This document shows, piece by piece, positions 39,970 to 48,943 of a DNA stretch of 64,000 bases. The notes below the pieces were generated by a model. It made no database searches, was not told the DNA's origin, and worked only from the letters and a program-made list of their open reading frames with translations. Both the position numbers and the translations under genes were made by a program. The stretch is taken from NCBI GenBank assembly GCA_965217865.1, contig CBDCJO010000002.1, positions 1,120,001 to 1,184,000 on the forward strand, written 5' to 3'. The number at the start of each line of letters is the position of its first letter. The stretch's first letter is position 1. This DNA comes from Candidatus Latescibacterota bacterium (GTDB taxonomy: Bacteria > Latescibacterota > UBA2968 > SICM01).

Positions 39970-42096
39970 CTACCCTTTCTCCCGCCTATCTCTGGCGACC
40001 TCCGCGGTAAACTTGGGGAGGTCGATCCCCCACCCATCCACCTCCTTCACGGCGAACCGGGGGTCAGACAGTCTTTCAAGAAGGTCGTGCCGTCCACTGA
40101 GCACGTCTACCGCTTTAATGAGCTCCTCTGGCCTCACCCTTGACCGCACCTCTTCGAGGAGGCAACCGTGCAGGAGGAGAATGTCCTTGAATTCAACGGA
40201 AAACCTGAAAGTTCGGTAGGCCTGGCGAGGTGAGTCCAGCTGCAGATGTGATCGATAATTTGCGTCGAATGATGAGGTTTCTCCTGAACGCTTAAAAACC
40301 AATATCTGCGGGTGGTCGAATTGCCGCCAGGTGACGTCCGCTCCCCGGTCGTCGAACGGAATTCCGAGAAACCCGGGTACGATCTCAAACTTTTGCACGA
40401 GGGTATAACCGAATCCCCCCCCCATCAGGGTGTCATAATACATCGTCGGGAAGGGAAATCGGCCTCTGGTTGCCAAGCGATCATCCGAAATCACCATGTA
40501 GTCCGCGTGTCTCATATAGACCTGATAGAGGGCGGAGGGGTAATAAGAGGGAAACAGGCGATCTGGCGTTTTTCCGGACGTGTTTTGATCCACGACGATG
40601 TGATCATCGATATCGATCGTCCACAGGTCGTAAAGGTTTGGCGAGAGGAGCTCACGCATCCCGTTGTGCCCTCTTTCCAACAACACGGCCGAGCCTGCAT
40701 CTACATTCTCCGCTACCCATTGGGCGGCTTCCACGCGCACGTCAGGATGACGATAGATCCCTGTATACGCAACCGCGTTTGCGGATGTATACAGGAGAAC
40801 CAGAGACCCACACGCGATTCCTGCGATGCGAACCGGAAACCGGCCCGACCGATACATTTCCACCAGAAACCGGGCGGACAGGACCGTTACAAACGGCATC
40901 CAGAGAACGAAATAGCGAATATATTTTCCCTGAAACCTTCCCGTGGCCAGAAAATAGAACAGGACGAAGGAGAGCAGCAGCAGGTCCTCCCGGCCACGAC
41001 GATAGGCCGCCCACGCAATTCCGCCGAATACGGCTATCTCCAGGGGGATTCCCATGCCTGCCGGAAACAGGTTCGTGAGATGGTAAAGATAGGGAGGTGT
41101 ACCTGCGAAGTGGAAGGATCCACGCATCAATACCTCTCCAACGTTGATCAGGATGCCTGTTGTGGCCCCCAGAAAGTTCTCCGGATCGAAGTAATCTCCA
41201 AAGCGAAGAACCGAAGAGGGCACAAGTATAATAAATGCCCCGACGGCGGTCCCAAGGGAGACATACAGCCGTCGATCGAACAGGGCGAGGAGGGTGGCGC
41301 GGATAAGATCCGGCCCCTTATTCCGATTTTCCCGCTTTACCCCGTGCTTCGTCTGAACGACCCCTGTTTTGCGATCATCGCCTTGCAGGAGGCTGATCAG
41401 ATGGGCTGCCAGAAGGGGCACGAAGAGCTGGATCGCGTGTAACTTCGTCGCACAACCGAGACCGATGGCCCCGCCTGCCAACGCATAGTTCCTCATTTCC
41501 CCCTTCTCCATAACACCCAGGATGGCCAGGAATGCGACGGTCATCCAGAGTGTAAGGAGCACATCCACCGTGCAAAAATGGGAGGATTGGATGCTGAGAG
41601 GGGTCACGGCGAGGAGAAACGCCCCGGCCAGTCCTACAGCTCGGTTGTAGCAGCGGGAACCTAGCCGATAGGTCAGCAGGATCGTCAAGGTGCCCGCTGC
41701 AGCGGACAGGCCCCGACCCACTAAACGCGTCCAGTTCGCGTCGCCCGGGCTCTGAAGATCGAACAGGTCGAACCCGACGATCACGGAGACGACTTTCCCC
41801 AGGATCCAGAAGAGATACATGAATACCGGACCATAGACCGAAAGAAGCCTCTGTTCTCCGTCGACCGTGTAATGGGGATGAATGGACCGGCTCAGGCTTT
41901 GGGATGCGGTCGTAAGATTGTTGGCATCCGGGTGGAACCCAGCTTGCTGAATCGACAGGGTGCGACCATCCAGCTTGAAGTCCTCCAACGAGGAGATTCC
42001 CCAATCCAGTCCCGAAAATCGAAGAGCCGCCCCAATCAGGAAGATCCCTATGATGGGAAGATGCCCCCGAATTCCCGTCAGATAGGATCTGTTCAT
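39970..42096 (-). CDS. GT-C fold membrane glycosyltransferase (ArnT/PMT-like)
   Basis: ALRFSGLDWG, FHPD, GRGLSA, QSSHFCTVD, GLGCATK, RYFVLWMP and many TM segments. Confidence 0.85.
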   Translation of the reverse strand: MNRSYLTGIRGHLPIIGIFLIGAALRFSGLDWGISSLEDFKLDGRTLSIQQAGFHPDANNLTTASQSLSRSIHPHYTVDGEQRLLSVYGPVFMYLFWILGKVVSVIVGFDLFDLQSPGDANWTRLVGRGLSAAAGTLTILLTYRLGSRCYNRAVGLAGAFLLAVTPLSIQSSHFCTVDVLLTLWMTVAFLAILGVMEKGEMRNYALAGGAIGLGCATKLHAIQLFVPLLAAHLISLLQGDDRKTGVVQTKHGVKRENRNKGPDLIRATLLALFDRRLYVSLGTAVGAFIILVPSSVLRFGDYFDPENFLGATTGILINVGEVLMRGSFHFAGTPPYLYHLTNLFPAGMGIPLEIAVFGGIAWAAYRRGREDLLLLSFVLFYFLATGRFQGKYIRYFVLWMPFVTVLSARFLVEMYRSGRFPVRIAGIACGSLVLLYTSANAVAYTGIYRHPDVRVEAAQWVAENVDAGSAVLLERGHNGMRELLSPNLYDLWTIDIDDHIVVDQNTSGKTPDRLFPSYYPSALYQVYMRHADYMVISDDRLATRGRFPFPTMYYDTLMGGGFGYTLVQKFEIVPGFLGIPFDDRGADVTWRQFDHPQILVFKRSGETSSFDANYRSHLQLDSPRQAYRTFRFSVEFKDILLLHGCLLEEVRSRVRPEELIKAVDVLSGRHDLLERLSDPRFAVKEVDGWGIDLPKFTAEVARDRREKG

Positions 42097-42189
42097 GGTT
42101 AATCCCGACTCGATTTGAAAACATCCCTATCGACGCAGGCCGACCGGAACCCCACCGTTTGAACACCGTGTGATGCCGCGCTTTGGGGG

Positions 42190-43074
42190 TTACGCCTTCC
42201 AGCGATGGGGAAAGATCCCCTTGCTCCGTTCCAGAGCTTCGATCCACATCGTGCACCACGCCTCATAATCCCGAAATTCCGAGTCAGGATTCGCTTGGCT
42301 CCTCGCCACGAAGTCGGGATGGAAGGGACGGCCGGTTGGGGTTCCCGTCTTCTGATAACGCAGGTCGATACTCCAGCGGACACGATCCGTTAGGTTTGGC
42401 GTGGAGCGATGAGGGATCTCTTTGTGAATCAGGATCACGTCCCTTTTTTCTACGGGAAGCGGAAGGGGTTCGCCTTCCGGCATCTCATCCGGTACGATGG
42501 TCGTGCCCCCCTCCCGCTGATGGGTCAGAAGACCTCTCCCGTGAACCCGGGGAATGATCTCCAGGCAGCCGTTCTCGAGCGTTGCATCCACTAAGGGAAT
42601 CCAGACCGTCAGGATAAAGAACGGATCGGCTTCTTCCCAGGTGACCCCCGCATCCTGGTGCCAGGGGGCCACGTGGGGATCCCGGCCGTCGGGAGATAAT
42701 CCCCGGGGCAGCTTCACCCGGATATGCTGAATCGGGCTGCAGGTGATCTCCGGTCCGACGATCCCTTCAACCAAGTCCAGAAGGTTATCGTTCAACAGAA
42801 ACTCAAAAGCGGCCCTCCCCCGGAGCCTCATGATATCGAGTTCCCCCATAATCTCGTAATCATCCCCGCATATTCTGGCCACGCGACCGTCGAAGGGTTC
42901 ATCTTCGTACAGGTCGCCGATCTTACCCTCCTCATACAGTTGTCGAGCACGATCGTCGATGTAGGTCCTGTATTCATCGATGACGGGATTAAGATCCTCG
43001 TCCTCCAGTGCCTCCTCAACCACAAGGTATCCCTCTTCGTTGAACCCGTCGATCTGAGATTTCGACAGTTTCAT
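42190..43074 (-). CDS. Phytanoyl-CoA dioxygenase (PhyH) family Fe(II)/2-oxoglutarate enzyme
   Basis: FNEEGYLVV, PWHQD, TVWIPL, ENGCL, PHRSTPN, RWSIDLRY. Confidence 0.92.
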   Translation of the reverse strand: MKLSKSQIDGFNEEGYLVVEEALEDEDLNPVIDEYRTYIDDRARQLYEEGKIGDLYEDEPFDGRVARICGDDYEIMGELDIMRLRGRAAFEFLLNDNLLDLVEGIVGPEITCSPIQHIRVKLPRGLSPDGRDPHVAPWHQDAGVTWEEADPFFILTVWIPLVDATLENGCLEIIPRVHGRGLLTHQREGGTTIVPDEMPEGEPLPLPVEKRDVILIHKEIPHRSTPNLTDRVRWSIDLRYQKTGTPTGRPFHPDFVARSQANPDSEFRDYEAWCTMWIEALERSKGIFPHRWKA

Positions 43075-43301
43075 GGCGTTCCTCCGACAAATTTCCCCTT
43101 TAAATCCATCCTCCGACAGAAAGAGAATTTACTACACAACGCCAACCCCTGCAACCCCAAACTCCTCCCCCATTGACGGGTGGCGCGTGGCGCCTTATAT
43201 TTGAGACTTGGAAGCACGCGGGTAGAAAGGGGATGAATCCTTCGGTACTGTCGGCTTCTCCAATCCTGCGCAAACTGGAAACGCCATAAGAGGGTGACAC
43301 G

Positions 43302-45029
43302 ATGAAAGCTGAAGAGGATTATTTCTTCGACGTAATGGGCTATTTGATCGTCCGGGATATCCTCACCCCGAAGGAGGTTGAGGCCTTGAACCAGGCCGTT
43401 GATCGGGGGGGACGATCCGACGGTATGCTGGGATGGCCCGCTCCCATTCGCGAACCGTTTCGGGACCTGCTGGTGCACCCCCGAATGGTGGGGTATCTCC
43501 ACCGGATCGTCGGCGAGGGATTCCGATTGGACAGAGGTCCGGAACTGCTCCCGGACGCTTCGGCAGACGAGGGGCTTGTGGGGGGAAATGAACCTCGAGA
43601 CCCGGCTCGGGCATACTATTTCCAGAATGGCAGGCGATTCTGTCAGGGGTTGCGTGCCATTTGGGCTTTGGCGGATGTAAACCCGGGTGATGGAGGCTTT
43701 GTTCTGCTACCTTACAGCCACAAAAGCAACGTGGAGACCCCGAAGGATATCCTGACGGGAAAGGACGTTATGGGGCTGACCGTTCAGCCGGCCTTGAAAG
43801 CCGGGGATCTGCTCCTGTGTGCTGAAACCCTGCTCTTCGGGCTTCGGCATCGGAACGGGAAGGGGCCCCAGCGCCTCCTTTCCTATCAGTATGCCGGGCG
43901 GGCCGCCATACAATCCATAGGGACCGGACCTGAGACGGAAAGGGATCCATATCCTGATTGGATGAGCGAGTTGACCCGGGAGCAGCAGAGGTCTCTCTAC
44001 GTACCGGGGTATGAGTCGACGACACCTCCTCCGACCCTGGTCACGGATGGAAAACGTTGCAGGATGGGTGAAAAAACCGATATTTTCCATCCTTCAATCT
44101 ACATCAAAGATCCCAATGCTTCCATCGATGAGAAAGAGTTCTATTTTTGGGACCTGTGCGGGGTTCTGATCCTCCGGGACGTGATGGATGCTGCGTGGCT
44201 CGAAGCCGCGAATGAGGTGATCGACCGATTTGAGGACCGGATCGTGGTGGGAGAGGAGTTGTCGGGGGGGTCTAAATCCCTGTCAGGGACCGGACGGCCC
44301 GTGCTCAACGGCCTGCTCCAGCTTCCAAAACCGCATTGCGAGCCGTTCCTGAAGATGGTCGCGCATCCCGTTATAGAGCACCGTCTGAACTGGATGGGGG
44401 CGAGTGGAGGCAGGATGGGGGGGGCCTCCGCTTTTTGTTCGGTCCAGGGCACCTCGGGACACGCCATGCACGGAAACAACGAACCGATGATTCCCTCTCG
44501 GGGCTACGAATTCCAGAACGGCCGGAGCTACTGTCAGGCGGTTACCGTGACATGGCAATTACGCGATGTAAACCCCGGCGACGGCGGGTTTGCCTGCGTG
44601 CCGGGAAGTCACAAGGCGAATTACCCGATGCCGCAGGGTGTGGAAACATGCAAGGACCACATGGGACTGGTGATGCACCAGGTGATGAAGGCCGGCGATG
44701 TGCTTTTCTTTATGGACGGCGCGACCACCCACGGGACACTCCCCTGGAGTAGTCCGATATCTCGCCGTGGGATCCTGATCAAGTATTCCTCGCGTAGTTT
44801 TCACCGTGCCGGGGGCGAGATGGTCCAGCCAGAGAATCGCTGGGGGGATCTGGTAGACGGGATGAACGAAGTCCAGCTTGCCGTGATGCGGGGTCCGGAT
44901 CGGGATGTGCACCAGGTCAACGTGCCCCGTCTCCGGGTTGAGAATGGGAAGGTTGGAGTCTCCTACGAGCGGGGAAACGCGCTTTACAGCACGGAGACCC
45001 TCAAAGATTCGGCCGCAAGGAAAAAATAG
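43302..45029 (+). CDS. Tandem double PhyH-family protein
   Basis: Two homologous halves: YFFDVMGYLIVRD / YFWDLCGVLILRD, FQNGR twice, DVNPGDGGF twice, KAGD twice. Confidence 0.85.
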   Translation: MKAEEDYFFDVMGYLIVRDILTPKEVEALNQAVDRGGRSDGMLGWPAPIREPFRDLLVHPRMVGYLHRIVGEGFRLDRGPELLPDASADEGLVGGNEPRDPARAYYFQNGRRFCQGLRAIWALADVNPGDGGFVLLPYSHKSNVETPKDILTGKDVMGLTVQPALKAGDLLLCAETLLFGLRHRNGKGPQRLLSYQYAGRAAIQSIGTGPETERDPYPDWMSELTREQQRSLYVPGYESTTPPPTLVTDGKRCRMGEKTDIFHPSIYIKDPNASIDEKEFYFWDLCGVLILRDVMDAAWLEAANEVIDRFEDRIVVGEELSGGSKSLSGTGRPVLNGLLQLPKPHCEPFLKMVAHPVIEHRLNWMGASGGRMGGASAFCSVQGTSGHAMHGNNEPMIPSRGYEFQNGRSYCQAVTVTWQLRDVNPGDGGFACVPGSHKANYPMPQGVETCKDHMGLVMHQVMKAGDVLFFMDGATTHGTLPWSSPISRRGILIKYSSRSFHRAGGEMVQPENRWGDLVDGMNEVQLAVMRGPDRDVHQVNVPRLRVENGKVGVSYERGNALYSTETLKDSAARKK

Positions 45030-45049
45030 CTTTCGGATCTTCCGACGTG

Positions 45050-45220
45050 ATTTCTCACTTGCACTTTGCACTTTCCAATTTCCCGACCTCTGACCTCCGA
45101 CCCCTGCCTTTGCTTTTCCTGCCACTGCCACTGCTACTGCTTTCCTCGTCTCACGTCTCACGTCTCACGTCTGACGGTTTTTCAATCTTCAATCTTAAAT
45201 CTTCAATTTCCTCTGACCCC
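45050..45220. repeat. Modular heptamer repeat between convergent genes
   Basis: TTTGCAC-type run, CTGACCT, CCTGCCACTGCCACTGCTACTGC, (CGTCTCA)x3 and TCTTCAA blocks. Confidence 0.85.
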
Positions 45221-45969
45221 TATCTCTTCACCCCCGCCAGCCCTTCCTGAACCGCATCGATCAACAACCGTATATCACTGCTGAAATCCATAAATCGAAA
45301 TCCCTGGTCGACCCGGCGGTTCAACACCTCCGAAGTGGCACAGGGAAGCCCCACCGGAACCCCCTTATCCTTTCCAACCTTCAGCACCTTCTGCACGGCA
45401 TCCTCGTGGTCCGGATCCCCGACCTTGTTCCCCATCGACAAAGACAGATCCCCTGTGCCGATAAAACAGGCATCCACCCCGTTCACACCGAGGATCTCTT
45501 CCACGTGCCTCACCCCTTCGACATCCTCCACCATCACCACAGCGCACACCTCCCGGTTGAACCGCTCTGCGTAGTCGGATTCATATGCCCCCGAAAGGGC
45601 CCCCTTGGACCGGTCACCGTCAGGCGGGAACCGCATCGCCGAGACCGCCAGCTCGGCCTCCTCCGGAGAGGTGACCATCGGGACGACGATCCCCATCGCC
45701 CCCGCCTCCAGGGCCTGCTTGATCGGCAAGGGATGGTTGTAGGCCACACGCGCCATAGGAACCGCTTCGCTGGCCCCGATGCTGGCCATGCATTGGAACA
45801 TCGTCTCCTGGCCGATCGGGCTGTGTTCCCCGTCCACCACCAGAAAGTCGAACCCCAGGTGACCCAGATTGTCTGCGACCACGACGGATGCCAGGTTAAG
45901 CCATGTCCCGATAACGGGTTTCCCCTCCGAGAGCATCTGCTTGACACGATTCGGCTTCAATTGACGCAT
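45220..45969 (-). CDS. HpcH/HpaI aldolase family protein
   Basis: GFDFLVVDGEH, GAMGIVVPMV, RFPPDGDR, MVEDVEGV, FIGTGDLS. Confidence 0.92.
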   Translation of the reverse strand: MRQLKPNRVKQMLSEGKPVIGTWLNLASVVVADNLGHLGFDFLVVDGEHSPIGQETMFQCMASIGASEAVPMARVAYNHPLPIKQALEAGAMGIVVPMVTSPEEAELAVSAMRFPPDGDRSKGALSGAYESDYAERFNREVCAVVMVEDVEGVRHVEEILGVNGVDACFIGTGDLSLSMGNKVGDPDHEDAVQKVLKVGKDKGVPVGLPCATSEVLNRRVDQGFRFMDFSSDIRLLIDAVQEGLAGVKR

Positions 45970-46082
45970 GGTCCCTCCCTATCTATACAGTTCTGAGTTC
46001 ACGTGGAAGTCGGGGCGATCCCCTTCCATCCCTCGACACCCCTATACACTCGTCCTTCGCCTCTGACTTTCCGTTTGCCGTT

Positions 46083-47522
46083 TCACGGCCTTTCTTTTCC
46101 TGTCTGCCGTTTCACGGCTTTTTTTATCCCCTCTGCCAAGGAATTGACCTCATCATTCCGAACGGTCCTGACATCTAGATAAATCCGCTCTTCCCGGACA
46201 TAGCCCACAATCGGCGGATCGTGTTGCCGAAGACACCTGGCAATCTCCTCGGCCGAACTCGTCGTGGGCTTGACGGCCACCGCAAGGCTTGGAATCTCCT
46301 CCAACGGAAGAGCCCCGCTGCCTGTGAAGGCGACCGTCTCCTCCTTCCTGATTTCAGCGAACGCCTCAATCCCTTTCAACATCCGGACCAGACGGTTGGC
46401 ACGACGCTTGATCTGTCCAATCGGCTCTGTCAGCATCCTCAACGTCGGATGTTCCGCGAGGAGTGTCCCCGGACTGAGAAACTGCCGCAGTGTCGCCTCC
46501 ATGGCGGCATAGGTCAGCTTATCGCTCCGGAGGGCACGCATCAGTGGATTCCGCCGCATCGCATCCACCGCTTTTTTTTGACCCACGATCACACCGGCCT
46601 GAGGCCCACCCATCACCTTGTCTCCGCTGAAGGTGACGACATCCGCCCCGGCCGACACGCTGTCGCTCACCAGGGGTTCGTACGGAAGACCATACGGCCT
46701 CAGGTCGATCAGGGCCCCTCCCCCAAGGTCGTGTGCCACCGGGATGCTAAACTCCCTCCCGAGGGCAACCAGTTCGGGCAAACCCACTTCCGAGATGAAT
46801 CCCTGTACGCGGTAATTGCTGGGATGAACAGACAACAGGAGCCCCGTCCGGTCTGTAATCGCCGTCCGGAAATCCTTCAGATGCGTCCGGTTGGTCGTGC
46901 CGACCTCCACCATGCACGCACCGCTGCGCGCCATCACGTCCGGGATCCGGAAAGAACCCCCGATCTCGATCAGCTGCCCGCGCGAGACCACGACCTCCCG
47001 GTCCGCGGCAAGCGTGTTGAGGGCGAGAAGCACTGCAGCCGCGTTGTTGTTCACAACAGCGGCAGCCTCGGCCCCCGACAGGTCACACAGCAGCCTTTCC
47101 ACGTGTGAAACCCGATCTCCCCGCTCCCCGTAATCCAGGTCTATCTCCAGGTTGCTATAACCCTCGGAGACATTAGCCACCTGTTCGATAGCGGCCTTCG
47201 ATAAGGGAGCCCGTCCCAGACCCGTGTGAAGGATGATTCCCGTAGCATTGATCACACGCCGAAGTGAAGGGCGCATCCGCGTATCGATCCACGAGTGAAC
47301 ATGCCCGATGACTTCGGCCGTAGCCAACTCCCGACTCGGTGGAGATGGACCCCCGTTCTGAATGGATTGCCGAAGATTTTCAACGGCCTCTCGAACCGCG
47401 TCCTTCACCCAATCCTGAGAGAAGCGTTCCGATATCGCAAGGATCTCCGGCTGAGAAAGGAGGCTGTCCACCGACGGCAGGACCGAAAGTCCCGATTTGC
47501 TGTCCGACCTATCTCGTTTCAC
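46083..47522 (-). CDS. selA: L-seryl-tRNA(Sec) selenium transferase
   Basis: INATGIILHTGLGRA, YSNLE, VNNNAAA, SRGQLIEIGGSFRIPD, EVGTTNRT, FSGDKVMGGPQAG. Confidence 0.96.
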   Translation of the reverse strand: MKRDRSDSKSGLSVLPSVDSLLSQPEILAISERFSQDWVKDAVREAVENLRQSIQNGGPSPPSRELATAEVIGHVHSWIDTRMRPSLRRVINATGIILHTGLGRAPLSKAAIEQVANVSEGYSNLEIDLDYGERGDRVSHVERLLCDLSGAEAAAVVNNNAAAVLLALNTLAADREVVVSRGQLIEIGGSFRIPDVMARSGACMVEVGTTNRTHLKDFRTAITDRTGLLLSVHPSNYRVQGFISEVGLPELVALGREFSIPVAHDLGGGALIDLRPYGLPYEPLVSDSVSAGADVVTFSGDKVMGGPQAGVIVGQKKAVDAMRRNPLMRALRSDKLTYAAMEATLRQFLSPGTLLAEHPTLRMLTEPIGQIKRRANRLVRMLKGIEAFAEIRKEETVAFTGSGALPLEEIPSLAVAVKPTTSSAEEIARCLRQHDPPIVGYVREERIYLDVRTVRNDEVNSLAEGIKKAVKRQTGKERP

Positions 47523-47697
47523 GACGATTCAGCCACTCCACTATCCCAAACGCCCCGACGGAAGAGATCAGAAGGAGGATTGTCTTCCTGCCTATCAGGG
47601 GGTCCGGGGTGCCCAGAAGTTCGGATTGTCCCAGGAAGTAGAAAAGTGCCGTCGTCACGATGATGATCGCAACGATAATAAAATGATAAAGTTTCAT
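47509..47697 (-). CDS. Small two-TM hypothetical membrane protein (62 aa)
   Basis: MKLYHFIIVAIIIVTTALFYFL...TILLLISSVGAFGIVEWL; GAAGGA RBS; overlaps the selA start by 14 nt. Confidence 0.55.
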   Translation of the reverse strand: MKLYHFIIVAIIIVTTALFYFLGQSELLGTPDPLIGRKTILLLISSVGAFGIVEWLNRRETR

Positions 47698-47782
47698 AAT
47701 CCTTCCCCGAAGAGACACGCTCAAGGGTTTGTATAGTGCGAAAGCTGATTGCATTTGACGCGATCTACGTCTTTTGAGACAA

Positions 47783-48051
47783 CTCAAATCAAAATGTCAA
47801 TGAGCCCTTTCGGCTCACTTCGTTCGCTCAGGCAGGCTCCCTAAGAATCTTGGTGTGTTTGAAAACGAAATTGCAGAGAGATTGATCGATTTCTCTTTGT
47901 CTAATAGATAATTCAAATCAAAAATGTCATTCTGAGCCGAAGGCGAAGAATCTCTGTTTTCGCCGAACCCCTTCACTGCGTTCAGGATAAACTCCGGCGA
48001 AGTTACATCCTGAGCGGAGCAGCGCGACAGCGCTGCGTAGTCGAAGGATCC
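47783..48051. repeat. Cluster of REP-like elements with nesting
   Basis: CAAATCAAAA(A)TGTCA...AAGAATCT occurs twice (47784 and 47914); CCCTTC...GATAAACTCCG.CGAAG..AC.TCCTGAGCGGAGCA...TAGTCGAAGGA at about 47968-48048 matches 20240-20310. Confidence 0.8.
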
Positions 48052-48073
48052 TCTCTTTTTATCCTTTTCTTTT

Positions 48074-48887
48074 TTATAAATGCATCCAAACTATTATGAA
48101 TCCGACGATAATCCGGTATCCTCCGAACACGTTCAGGGTGTGGGCCTTGAGAAACCGAAGAAAACCGGCAATGACCCCCAGCGCCACCGCGAACGAGACG
48201 ACAAATCCGACCCCCATCACGGCCAAGTCCCAATCGGACAGGCTGTGCCACGACTTCATCAGGTCGTAGCATACCGCAGCCGTCATCGTGGGAATCGACA
48301 GGAGGAAGGAGTAGGCCGCCGCGGTACGATGATCCAGGCCCAGGCAGAGGCCACTCAGAATAGTCGCTCCGGACCGAGAGCCCTGGCCACATGGCAAGGC
48401 ATTGTCCTGCACCGATAAGAAGCGCCTGTTTCAGCGTCACCTGGCTCGGATCGAAAACCCGTTCCGCCGGCCGCCATCGCTCCACGACGAAAATAGCGAC
48501 GCCGCCCACCAACAGGCCCGCTGCCACCGTCAGGGGTTGAAAAAGCGTCCCTTTTATCAGGCCGTGCAGGGTCCCCCCGACGATAAGGGCGGGAAGAACG
48601 GCCAGACAAAGACCCAAAAGCGTTCGTCGGTCCTTCTCAACGTCCCGTGACCCTGCACTTGCACGCCCCAGGGCATTGGACACGGTGGCTGAGAGCCAGG
48701 CGCGGTAGTAGACGACAACGGCAAGGATGGCCCCCCCCTGGATAAAAACGTCGAACGTGTGAGCGACATCTCCCTGAAAACCCAGCAGGTGGCCTGCGAC
48801 GATCAGATGGCCTGTTGAAGATATGGGAAGAAACTCGGTAAGGCCTTCTACCAGGCCGAGGATTACCGCGGTCAGGATACAGGACAT
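48074..48887 (-). pseudogene. uppP: Undecaprenyl-diphosphate phosphatase, frameshifted (real lesion or assembly error)
   Basis: GLVEGLTEFLPISSTGHL and QCLAMWPG are in one frame; SRSGATI..YSFLLSIP..FGGYRI is in another. Restoring one CT unit near 48376-48381 gives PGLSRSG. Confidence 0.9.
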
Positions 48888-48943
48888 GGGTTCCCATCAG
48901 GATCGCCTTGGCCGGAAGAATGGTTGCGCAAAAGATCCACGGG

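Noticed and set aside
47700-48070. tRNA-Sec near selA
   Set aside because: No cloverleaf with a TCA anticodon was found by eye; the hairpins match REP-like repeats seen elsewhere in the window.
48370-48385. Programmed frameshift in uppP
   Set aside because: No slippery heptamer or stimulatory structure; loss of a CT unit by slippage or sequencing error is simpler.
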